Under the pieces are notes generated by a model, which saw nothing but the letters and a program-made list of their open reading frames with translations, made no database searches and was not told the origin of the DNA. DNA of 64,000 nucleotides from Octopus bimaculoides (lineage: Eukaryota): positions 30,669,478 to 30,733,477 of the forward strand of contig NC_068992.1 of the NCBI RefSeq assembly GCF_001194135.2, read 5' to 3'. Shown here one piece after another: positions 52,409 to 64,000 of the stretch (position 1 is the stretch's first letter; each line of letters opens with the position of its first letter). The position numbers and the translations under genes were made by a program.

Positions 52409-52410
<2 letters not shown>
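52013..52410 (-). mobile_element. T550 family copy 4 (longest 5' extent, internal deletion)
   Basis: Reverse complement: (AAT)n-ATGTCCTGATGCAGTACCAGAC...GAATAATTCATCTTTGGAAACATGGGTGTTTCGTTCAACATC...GCGCTGCTCTCTCACCC-(AAT)n. TAA runs on both sides. Confidence 0.85.
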
Positions 52411-52477
<67 letters not shown>

Positions 52478-52496
52478 CATCATCATGTTATAAATC

Positions 52497-52660
52497 GAAG
52501 AGCTCACAGAATCCTTAGCACGCCGGACGAAATGCTTAGTGGTATGTCGCCAGTCGCTACGATCTGAGTTGAAATTCCGCTGAGGTCGACTTTGCCTTTC
52601 ATTCTTACGGGTCGATAAGACGAGAACTAGTGGAACACTGGGGTCAATATAAGTGGTACT
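52497..52660 (+). mobile_element. SINE family 2 copy
   Basis: GAGCTCACAGAATCCTTAGCACGCCGGACGAAATGCTTAG...GAGTTGAAATTCCGCTGAGGTCGACTTTGCCTTTCATTC. Confidence 0.85.
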
Positions 52661-54061
52661 ATTATGAAATTCATCAAAATAAAATGGCATGTGTTACAAA
52701 CGATTGTATTACTAGTGTAATATTAAGGTACGCGATGACGCGAAACAGTGTAATTCTAATATAATTATGTATATCACTTAAATTTCTATATATTTATAAA
52801 TATAAGGCTTCGATGAAGTATTACGTCTACTAGCCACAGATTCATTTTATCTTATAATTTTAATAAATATATGAGAGAAGCTTACTGCGATTTATCAAGT
52901 AGAAGGCCGCACAATGTTTTTCATTTTTTAAAAAGCTTTATAAATTTGTAATATATATTTATGCCTACAGGTGCTCGCTTGTACATCTATCTAAGCATCA
53001 AATTGCTTCTCTAGTAATACCACAATATATAGGCTGTCGTCAACATGAACGCAGACATAATATATTGTATATACAGATATTTTATTTTCCATAACTAGTC
53101 GGTAATACCTTCATAGTGGTGATTCCATTTAATATTTTTCTAATAGAGTAAACCCAAATATTTTGGATTCGAATGTCTCAAAAGCATCTTTTCATTTACA
53201 ATGTGTTATAATATGACTGTAATATATGTTATTGCCAAATATTTGAGTTTTCGGTAACAATGAATTTATGAGTGTACTAGAAAGTAAATTATATTGCTGT
53301 ATCTATTAAAGATATGTACTTTGAACAAAAATAAAATTTGAAAAATGTTATCGTAGTGTTTTAATACAGCCATTCAAAGTACCGCTATTTCTGTCATTTG
53401 AGAGATAGTTCTACTACATGTAATGTAATTGCCACATAAACTCTTTTCGATACCTAGAAACATGTTATCGCAGATGGTTGCAAACTGTACACACCTTAAA
53501 GAAACATTCAAGATTGATATGTACACATATACACACACATACACACAATGCACTTACACTCATAGACAGAGATACATGTAGATATGCGTGTATATATGTA
53601 CATTTATGTATGCATGTATACGTATATAAATGTGCATATGCGTGTATGTATGCGTGTGCGCGCGCTTGTATGTGCATACACAGATATAGTTATGTTATGT
53701 TTAATGTATTTCTTTCTTGCCTTCAGGTATTGCCATTATCATTGTTTACTTGTCTCTTTGCACTAACAAATGCAAACGACAGGTTAAAAAAACAGCGAAT
53801 TGAAAACAAAGTCAAAATTTGAAATATCAAGCAAATAAGAAACACAATAGTATAAGAAATTCCTTCAAATAAATAAGAAACACTATAGTGTAAGAATGTT
53901 TCAGAAAATATGTTGCTTTAAACTAATAAGCAGAATGCGATATAAAATTTATAGAATTATTCATGTATGGATTTATATAAATCGAGGCATGTTCATATTT
54001 TGGAAAACGTTCGCCTAAGTAGAACGTTCGCACATGTAAGATTAATATTCACGCAATGTAG

Positions 54062-54340
54062 GGCGGCGAGCTGGCAGAAATATTACCACGCCAGACGAAA
54101 TGTTTAGTGGTTTTTTTTCGTCTGCCGTTACTTTCTAAGTTCAAATTCCGCCGAGGTCGACTTTGCCTTTTATCCTTCCGGCGTCGATAAATTAAGTAAC
54201 AGCTACGCACGTCAAAGTCGGATGGTCATGATGGGTGTAGTGGGCTTCGTATATTTGAATCTTAGTGTCACTTTCAGTGCATGAACTGATCTCTCGATCA
54301 AGGACAATAATAATAATAATAATAGAAACACCGGGGTCGT
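54062..54340 (+). mobile_element. SINE family 2 copy interrupted by T550 copy 5
   Basis: GGCGGCGAGCTGGCAGAA...AAGTTCAAATTCCGCCGAGGTCGACTTTGCC...CTACGCAC, then the insert at 54211-54323, then the SINE resumes with CACCGGGGTCG. Confidence 0.85.
54211..54323 (+). mobile_element. T550 family copy 5 (3' tip only)
   Basis: GGTCATGATGGGTGTAGTGGGCTTCGTATATTT...AGTGTCACTTT matches 6442-6495 and ends in (AAT)6. Confidence 0.75.
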
Positions 54341-54429
54341 TTAACAAGTGAGAGCGATAAAACACATCGAAATCTATCCAAAAAGATCTAAATTAAAGAC
54401 AACAAATGCAGCCTAAAATAACTGACAAA

Positions 54430-55305
54430 ATTTTGGACTATATCCGACTAAGTAATACTCATTAATATTCATTTCTATTTTTTTCGAATGAAATGATGTA
54501 TTTGAACTCTGTATCATCTCCGTCACTTGCACAGGATGTGTAAGCACGCTCGCCACAATGACGAAGTGTTGGACTATTCCCGAGTAAGTAATACTCACTT
54601 AAAGTGTTGGACTATATCCGAGTGGGTAATACTTATTAAAATTTATTTCTACTTCCGAAATTAAATTAACTGTGTATCATGTCAATCACTCGCACAACAC
54701 ATGTAAACACGCTCACCATATTAGGATCCAATCAACATCAGACGACTTTCGTCCCCAACCACCATGCACGAAAAATAAAAAATAAAAAATACAGTAATAC
54801 CTATATTATTCAACCCAAGCATAACAAGCGAAAAACACGTACGTCGAACTTGTACACCAAAAGTACGAATAACTTTCTGTGTAAAACAATTTAACACCAA
54901 AAATGCACGGTCCGGCACCATACAAAAATGATGACCATCAAAATAAAGGGCCAGATGTTATTCCTCATGTCCTACGAATAAAATAAAAAACGGCATAAAT
55001 GGACACGTGAGGAATATATTTCATTCCTACACTCTTATTTTACAGTACCCACAGAATTAAAACACAAAATGTACATATGAAATCTGGAAGAAAGGTAACT
55101 TTGATAAAGACGTTGATACCGCAATGAACCTCAATAAACTAGCTAACATACGGAGATGTATTCTTAAAACAAGCAAAAAAAAAAAAAACATCACAAAGAG
55201 AAATACAACACTTAAAAGGAAAGATGCACCAGGTAAACGTAGATAGTAACCACACAGCAATGTCAAATATTATCATAAGCACTGGGTCCGTAAAATACGA
55301 AGGCA
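54430..55305 (+). mobile_element. R4/Dong family B 5'-end-only fragment (5'UTR + Myb-like N-terminus)
   Basis: 54640-55305 is collinear with the reverse complement of 35930-36585. Encodes NKKRHKWTREEYISFLHSYF...MNLNKLANIRRCILKT. 54430-54640 carries duplicated 5'UTR units. Confidence 0.85.
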
Positions 55306-56439
55306 AATGTGACACCGCTATGCTAAAGACTTTTGGAATCTGTCCATGATTTTCGATCCGAATGTGCTCCTTAGGAGACCACTGAGACTGTTCTCGTAGA
55401 TGCTCAGAGTGAATCTAAGGCCATTCTCGCTCATATCCTCACTAGCACCCTAAAGAAATCTTATGTTACTTTAGCGTTGAGAGTTTTATCCCGCTATATT
55501 AATTTTGAGGGTTGGATTTATCCAATGACATCCAGACTAGTGCTCGAACCTAAATTTAAAGACCTCAAAATGATGACTATGATGAGGATGATAATGAAGA
55601 GGATGTTGATGATGATGGTGATGATGATGATAGATTCTATACTCTTGCTACGGGAATACTTTCAAAGATACAATGAATTCTATTCACGTGTGAATCGAAT
55701 CATTTGAGCAGTAAGAAACGAAAACGAATTATTTTTATTTACATAAAAGATTGAAATGTATAATGATGAAATTAACTGTCACAAAAGAATGCAAACTGGA
55801 AAAGCATTTGCATCAACCGAGTAAAAAGAGCTGGCCCGTATTTCGAATATTTTTCTTTACATTTCCAAAGTTATTTTCTTACTGTCGGCTCAGATTAATG
55901 TAACTCTCAAGAAATGTGTTGACATTGAAGATGCATCGGGTCTTGTGCTTCTGTATCTCTTCAGAGAGTTTAATGATCGTGTTTATGCGACCAATTAGAT
56001 CTGCTATGTTTAATTTTTCATCATCCTTTCTTGTTTGAAGTTTTTCTTCGTTTTAAAATGTTGTTTCTTTTTAACATTTTCAACAAAATTTTCTTGGAAT
56101 GTCTTATAGCCCTCTCCATTGTTACCGTTTCTTTCAATCATCTCTTACCGCAGCTGCAGACAGGGACATCACATTCCTAGTAAACGGAAGTTTACAAAAT
56201 AAAATATATAAAAATATCCAGAAGCAATACTGTATTACTTTTTGTATTCCAAAATAAACGGCGAGGACGCAATATTATCAAAGCAGTAGAAAAAAATACA
56301 TAAACAAAAATTGCATGAAATAAAACGTGATGATATCGCAATTTCTCCTGCATTTGCGTTATTGATATCTGCTCAAGGCAAGCAACAACAAATATAACAT
56401 CAACAACATATGTGAAAACCTGCCACGAGAAAATTAATA

Positions 56440-56463
56440 GCAACAGGAGGAACAACAGAAGGT

Positions 56464-56527
<64 letters not shown>

Positions 56528-56560
56528 GAAGAAGAAGAAGAAGAAGGAGAAGAAGAAGAA
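56440..56560. repeat. Compound (AAC)/(TAA)n/(GAA)n microsatellite
   Basis: Directly visible. Confidence 0.95.
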
Positions 56561-58250
56561 TAGCAACAGCAAATGTAATACTAGTAATGATTTCTTTATT
56601 AATTATGTACAAAGGCTGGAGGTGATATAAAAACAAACACAATTAACTTCGAAAGGGTTTTACAAAGACTGACTACTAATACAAAGACGAGCAGGCTACG
56701 AAACCCGTTGTGCTCTATATAATTCTTAGATTTAAAGAATGCGAAAGATAAATTTGCAAAAATGAATTAAAATATATGGTACACGATGACTGAAAATAGT
56801 AATTTCGACAAAGTTTATACAACCACATCCGTTGTTTGGGCTAACTCACATTACTGATAACACAAGTGGCGTGCCTCATCGAGATATAATTAATGGTAGA
56901 AATTCTTATATATTACGTGTGTTGCTGTTGCGCATTGAATGCAAATGAAAGGACACGTTTCCTGGATTGAGATTTTTGACTGATATTTTGTTATTTTTCT
57001 CCTGTTTAAAATATGATCCATTCAATTCCCAATATTTCATTTAGATATTTATGATGCATATAGTATAAGAAATTTCCTATACATTTTCATTGTAACCATT
57101 ATCTGTGAATTGAGTTGCTTGCAGGTCAGGGAATGGTTCTATCCAACACAAAGGTCAATTGATCTTTTTAACGAGATATGGGTTCTTCCTCAGAAATTTA
57201 TGATGAGAAAGTCTGTTTTCCTCCACCGATCTATGTTTTGTTCTCATTCTTTTAATAGGTCGGGTGTGTGTGCTATGAGGTGATGCTTTTTAGTCATTTA
57301 GTGGGAGTTATCGTAGTTTCTATTATTTGATTCCTTCAATTCATCGGTGGAGAATGGGCGTTTAGGCCTTATGATTGTTCCTCATAATGAAGATTACCGA
57401 ATTTAAATTGCTGCCACCTGAGTTATTTCTGTGGTTACCAAATGATCGAAAAACTATATTTTCAGTTGACGTTCTTTTTTATTATTTATGTTTTCTCAGT
57501 AGAAAGCTTTTAAATTGGTCTAGCTACCGAAATGATAATCACTTAGTCGTCTACAATAGACATTGAGTATTATGATCTGGTACTGTTCTGGTATTGTTCT
57601 GGTATTGTTTGCTATTCTGGTATTGTTTTTGTTCTTATAGAATCTTAAATACCTATACATTCACAGAAATATACCCGACCCTATGCAGAAAGATTATACA
57701 TCATCACTTAATACTTACATCTATTTTACTAAGAAGGCGAACATTTGCAAACAATCGGCATTGACTTCAATATCTCTGGAAAGCCGCTTGTGTTCTTTCT
57801 ACAGAAATATTGCTGAGCTGGTTTATAATCAGCTTGTGCTTATTTTCCGCCATCTGTTTAGAATATGGTAGATATATTGTTATAACTTCTTCCTCTCACA
57901 ATGTATGATAATTTACTTGAAATATGCTGCAGGGCTGTCTCTATTTTGTGTTCCAATAGGAGAAACCTGTTATGTTCTCGGCAAGACGAATATGAATTAC
58001 TTTCTTCAATAGTCCCAGTAATAAATTTGGATATAGGGTTTCAATCCAGTGTACAAACTATTACCAGACTCTGGAATTTTTTCAATATTCTGTATATTGC
58101 TATGATCTTTATGAAAAGAGAACAGCATCGAGCATCATTTCGATATTCCTGTTCTTCTCTACTGGATACATGTGTGCACAATGGTGTTATTTTTTCTGTC
58201 GATTTCTACACGATATATTTAAAATGTGCACATTTTTCTTCTTATCTATA

Positions 58251-58296
<46 letters not shown>

Positions 58297-58298
<2 letters not shown>

Positions 58299-58443
58299 GT
58301 TTTCAAATTCCGCCGAGGTCGAACTGGCCTTTTGTCCTATCGGGGTCGATTAACCAGTTACGCATCGGTGTCGATGTAAACGAACTTAATCCCTTTCCCC
58401 AAAATTTCAGGCCTTGTGCCTACAGTAGAAAGGATTATTATTG
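58297..58443 (+). mobile_element. SINE family 2 copy lacking A-box head
   Basis: TTCAAATTCCGCCGAGGTCGA...GGGGTCGAT...CCCAAAATTTCAGGCCTTGTGCCTACAGTAGAAAGGATTATTATT; begins after (TTA)n. Confidence 0.8.
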
Positions 58444-58762
58444 TTGATGTTGTTGGTATTTAACTACACGTAAATTGCCATTTGAGTTTCCTTGGTTTCC
58501 TGTACATTTAAATTATTCTGTATCTTCAGTTTTTTTTTCTTCTTGAGGTCAGACATCAAATGTCTATGCCCATTTACCTATTCCCCAGTTGATGACATGA
58601 GAGAAAACAGATTCTTATATGTTTCTATCGAAAGACGCCGAATTGAATGAAGTCATACAGACGCTTGAAGTTTATGTTAATAACTACTAAACTATTTAAT
58701 CAAGTAAATTCGTTTTCGAAGCAGACACGTGCATCATTAACTGGGACTAATGCAGTTGTTGC

Positions 58763-58816
<54 letters not shown>

Positions 58817-58818
<2 letters not shown>

Positions 58819-61201
58819 TTTCCCCAGAAACTGCTCTAGAAGGGAGCGGATAATGAGGAAACAATGCGTTGCATAAAAGTGATGCAATATGGATAAGAAA
58901 TATTAATATAGAATTACAAGGAAGAAAGCAAGAAAATAATATTGTCATGAGCACGTTGACATGAAAGAACGAGTGGGTAAAGTGCCAAACTGGAAAACCT
59001 CCGGAAACGAAGGGATTCCTGGCTTTTGGCAGAAGAGATGCCATGGGTGCATGAAAGACTAGCAGCCCAATTGAATGAGTGTGTCCAGAAAGGTACAGTC
59101 ACCGCGTGGATGGTGACTGGGAGGAGAACATTTATAATGAAAGATAGAAGAAATGGGAATATTGCGGGACACTACCGTCCTATAGCATGCCTAAATATAA
59201 TCCGGAATTCACTCACTGGAATATGTGCGGCAAAGACATACTTTCTTGGCACAGAGAGAAATACTACCAAGGGGAAAAAAAGACATAGGAAGAGTTCTCA
59301 CGATACCAAGGATCAGCTAGTCATCGATAAAAGAGTTTTGAAGCATTTAAAAAAAAATATCATACAAACATGTCTATGGCTTGGATTGACTTTATAAAGG
59401 CATATGATATGATGCCTCATTGCTAGATCGATGAATGCCTGCAGATGGTTAGTGCTGTGACAATACCACAAATGTTCTGATGCATAGCATGAAAGAGTGG
59501 AAAATCATATTGTACTACTGTACGGTATTCCTTGGAGAAGTTAATATTAGAAAGGACATCTTCCAACGTGACTCGTTCTCTCCGTTAATATTTGTAAGTG
59601 CACTAATACCCATAAAAATGACACTTAGCAAAGTTAAGATGGGTTAGCGATGTGGGACGAATGGTCTATCATTGAACCATCTTCTGTTTATGGATGACTT
59701 GTAATTGTTTGGGAAATCTGAAACAGCAGATAGATCCCTTAACCAAAACAATCCAGAAGTAAGGTAGAGTCATCGACATGGAATTTGGGATTACCAAATG
59801 CTCAGTACTTAATATGAAAAGATGGAAGAAAACAGCCTGTAAAAGGATTGCGATTACCATCAGGAGAGATCATGGGTGAGCCGTCGGTAGTAGGTACAGA
59901 TATTTAGGGATGTTGGAGATGGATGACATTCTGCACACAGAAATGGAAGTCAAGGTCAGCGAGGTGTATCAAAAAAGGGTGAATGTGTTATTGAAATCCA
60001 ACCTGAATGCAAAAAAATTCGATTTACGCAATAAATATTTGGACAGTTGCGGTGGTCAGATATAGTGCGTCTATCCTCAAATGGACTAAGGAGGAAATAT
60101 TCTCTCTGGAGAGAAGGACGAGAAAGCTGATGACGCTGCATGGGGCGGTACACCATAGAGCAAATGTAAACAGACTGTATATGAAAACAAAGAAAAAAAG
60201 TGGCAGAGGATAAATTAGCATAGACCATTGTACAAGGAGTGAAGGGAGAACGCGTGCCCAGTAGTTAATAATTAGCGATGAAAACCTGCTGAAATATGCC
60301 GCGAAATGTATGGGTATAAATGCAGAGTAAATGATGGGCAAGGAAAAGTTTAACCAAAGAGCTGAGGAGAAGAGGGAAGTCCTTCTTGAAATGAGAATGC
60401 ATGGACATTTTGAAAGGAATACGTAAGATGTTAAGACAGCATCGTAGACATGGTTTGAGCGAGGTGATTTGAAGCGTACCACCGAAAGCCTGATCATTGC
60501 TGCACACGACCAGGCTATTGCTACCAATTCAGTGAAGTATAACATCGATGAAACTTCTGTCACCCAGAATTGCAGATTATTTGGAAAAAGTGTGCAAAAT
60601 GTGAACCATTTGGTAAGTGGATGTGAGAGCCTTGTACAAAAAAAGAAAAATACAAGCACCACCACGATAACATGTGTGTGTGTGTGTGTCTTCATTAGCT
60701 TATACTATAAATTCCAATATGAAGTAACAGAGAACTGGTATGAGCATGTACCAAATAAAGTTATGCAGGTTGTTGGGAAACTAACGATACTCTGGGACTG
60801 ATTCTTAGATGGATCGTGTAATCGAACACCATCGGCCAGATATTGTCATATTGAATAAGAAAGACAAATATTATCAGATCATTGATGCAGCCATGCCAAA
60901 TGACATGAATGTTGTGAATAAAGAGGTTGAAAATATAACCAAATACTCCAAATTTAAAGTGGAAATGGTATGACTGTATAGAATGCGAGAGGGTAATGTA
61001 AAAGTGATACCAGTGGTGATCAGAACGTTAGGTTTAATCCCATTTCAACTTCAACACTTGTTAAGGCAACTGGATATCCCATGCAAGATTGATGTCTTGG
61101 TAAAAACAGTCTTATTGGGCACAGCGCACGTCTTAGTTCCTTGTTGTGACTTAACGGAGGATTAAAAACTGTTGCATTTTTATGTACATGTGTTACGAAG
61201 A
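58817..61201 (+). mobile_element. R4/Dong-clade retrotransposon F, 5'-truncated (RT + CCHC + RLE + 3'UTR), decayed
   Basis: VTAWMVTGRRTFIMKD..YRPIACL; TKDQLVIDK; IFQRDSFSPLIF; NHLLFMDDL; MEFGITKC; CRLFGKSVQNVNHLVSGC; ENWYEHVP; HRPDIV; VIPVVIRTLG; KTVLLGTAHVL. (AAT)n at 58764-58816 and from 61202. Confidence 0.93.
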
Positions 61202-61319
61202 AATAATAATAATAACAACAACAACAATAATAATAATAATAACAACAACAACAACAACAACAACAAGGACGACAGCAACAACAACAACAACAACAATAAT
61301 AATAATAATAATAATAATG

Positions 61320-61378
<59 letters not shown>

Positions 61379-61455
61379 AAGAAGAAGAAGAAGAAGAAGA
61401 AGAAGAAGAAGAAGAAGAAGAAGAAGAAGAAGAAGAAGAAGAAGAAGAAGAAGAA
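61202..61455. repeat. Compound (TAA)/(CAA)/(GAA)n microsatellite, 3' flank of F
   Basis: Directly visible. Confidence 0.97.
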
Positions 61456-62684
61456 ATTAATGAATAATAATTTCAGTATAACGTGTGTAAAGAAATCCTG
61501 AAAAAACGGTGTAAGCATAAAACGAAGTTTCTGTAAGTTACACACTGCACAATATGTATCCCTGCTAAGCAGGCTGACTCCAAACGTAAGACTCTATCAA
61601 TTAAATAGCACAGCTTAAAAAGTATTATCTCTCTCTCCAAAAATATGTCCTTTACAATAATCGACGTGATCAGAAGTTACACATCACAGATCTTGTGCAA
61701 CCAAACTAGCTATGCCAAAATGCATTCATTCACCACCTAACAAAATAAAGAAACAAATAAAATAACTCCCGTTGTATACTGTTGGATACTGTTAATATAA
61801 TGGAGCCCACAACGCACATACATTAACGCATACATTAATATACAGCCAAAATTCTCGATACTCTGTAGGCAGTGTTCTATGCCTATGAAGCTCACAGAAA
61901 TGCACTTACTGATTACTTTTAAATTCGAAGACTGAAGTTGCTTTTTTCTTTAAGGCAATGAGTGTGATTTTGCTCTTGCTCACACATATATACACATACA
62001 CTGCAAATCGTACCAATAGATACGTTGTAAAATGCACGTAAGTATTATACAAGTAGGAAAATACGAATAACATAATACCGATTACAGAGAAGCGTTAATG
62101 ATCCACTGAATTAAACTAATAAGCTTATACAGGGTGACATTCTTGATAATATTAAAGCGTTTACAATTCCAGTGACCTTCTGTTCCTATTGCCTCGAACA
62201 AAATGTGTACACAGAATTTGCCAATGAACGTATCCGACCTTTGGGAAATTGATACAAATCACGCCCTAGAAATTGCTTGTTAATTTTCCATCAAAGACAA
62301 TCTCTGTGACTTTCAAGAAACATATATTCTCTAAAAGAGCTGGCTATTGAGAACTATCCCCTCATCACTTATGTATATATCTTCTTTATCGTTTACATTC
62401 ATCATAAAAGGAATCATGCTATGATTATTTCCCTTTAATGTATGATGTTCTACTTGCTCTATTTAGCGGAAGCTAATCCAAATCCCTAGCTGCACGCAAT
62501 GTGTACCTAATTACTTTACGCTATTTTTCTTAGTACTTTCTCTGATAGCCTCCTGTCATTAATCTTGTTCCATCATGTCCCGAAGTAGAGGACCAGACTG
62601 GATCAGTCCGGTAGGAAAAGATCACACGATTTCTCGATGCTTAATAGATGTTAATACAACTAAAGCAACATCGATTGCTGCTGT

Positions 62685-62690
62685 TGTTGT

Positions 62691-62766
<76 letters not shown>

Positions 62767-62795
62767 ACTACTACTACTACTACTACTACTACTAT

Positions 62796-62829
<34 letters not shown>

Positions 62830-62830
62830 G
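62685..62830. repeat. Compound (TAC)n/(TGC) microsatellite
   Basis: Directly visible. Confidence 0.97.
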
Positions 62831-64000
62831 TTTGGAGCAAATAACAAAACAAACTTTTGTATTATTTTAACAATAATTATTGCAGAAAATCGAACTTAAT
62901 AAGCTGAATAATCAAAGAATGTGACTGGTTCATATGACCAAATTGAAGAATGGAGAAAATTGTGCTAAGCGACGAATGTTCAACATTGCAGAACTCAGTC
63001 AGACGTCAACGTCAATTGCTAATCATCGCATCAGCACTATCAGTTCAGTTACTTGATATCTAAATAGTATCTAAGGTTAATTTAATTACGCTGGTAATTG
63101 ACTACACATTTCCACCGGACATTTATATTCTACCGTCAAATTAATCAAATGATATATATATTTTTCAATCTTTTTCTTACTTTCTATTTCATACGGAAGG
63201 CCCTAACAACTACAAACAAGTTGAAATGTGAGACTTATCGCGTACATCCGTATTCTTTGCTGTCATTTTATCAAATATCTTGTGTAAACTTAACATTTTT
63301 AGACATCTTAATATGTTTAGACATAAAGGAAAATAACCGTATATGTTTAGATGAAAAATATATGATTCGTATATATAAAAAGAGGCATAGTCGTGTACCC
63401 AGAAGCTTGCTTTGTAACTACATGTTACCTGCATCGGTTCCTGTTCTTCCCTATAAATATGAAAATCGGTGAGTGACATGTAAAACGGAAAACAGAAAAT
63501 TCGCAGCCAGTCGGTATATGTGCTTGTTAGTGTATGTATGAGTATGTATCTGTTTGTGTGACTCCTTGTATATATGCCATTTAATAGTTGTATTTGTGAG
63601 ATTTAAGCGTCCTAAATATGTTCATTCATATGGTAATCACTAGCGTCAACAATATACCCGTGCCTCCATTACACTAACCACCCGCTACTAGACAAACATC
63701 CTCAAAGAGTCTCTACAAAATTATCCTCACACACTCTCACTATAAAATATACTCTATGGTCCATTGAATGACGCCTACCAAATGTCAAAGAACGTTTATG
63801 TATTCATTTTGCTCGCATTAATCTCTAACCCTGTTATATCTTGCACAACCCTACTTATAGCCAACATACTGTTTTTTTTTTTTTTGTAGAAACGATATTC
63901 ATGTACGCAATATATCGGTTGTAAAAAAGATAATAACACACATTTTATCCCGTCGAAATAAATGAAGAGCTAAAACACAAAGAAAAATACAACAATCGCA

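Noticed and set aside
1-64000. Most ORFs in the supplied track (poly-HT/VC/IY/L/I/N/S, or X-containing)
   Set aside because: They are translations of di- and trinucleotide microsatellites or of N gaps, not genes.

Overview
AT-rich eukaryotic DNA from a short-read draft assembly, with 12 N-gaps that mostly sit at (TA)n or (TG)n tracts. The very dense microsatellites and the SINE types point to a cephalopod, probably octopus (inference; no search run). I found no confidently identifiable host gene. Nearly all ORFs in the supplied track are translated microsatellites, gaps or decayed retroelements. Supportable content: (1) eight pieces of R4/Dong-clade non-LTR retrotransposons (RT, CCHC knuckle, restriction-like endonuclease) from about five or six families, most of them anchored in (TAA)n in a fixed orientation, including one apparently full-length decayed copy at 36.8-40.6 kb; (2) two RTE-clade LINE fragments; (3) two tRNA-derived SINE families; (4) Helentron/DINE-1-like non-autonomous elements; (5) a roughly 550-bp non-coding, TAA-tailed repeat present five times. 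The most interesting signals are minimal type-I hammerhead ribozyme motifs of the Penelope-like-element type. One lies at 32916-32952 and has a CUGUUGA core variant. Two more form an inverted pair at 43.55-44.05 kb, where the hammerhead is joined to a tRNA-like (pol III B-box) head, suggesting a ribozyme-bearing SINE. A few weak candidate exon and promoter signals on the + strand are reported at low confidence.
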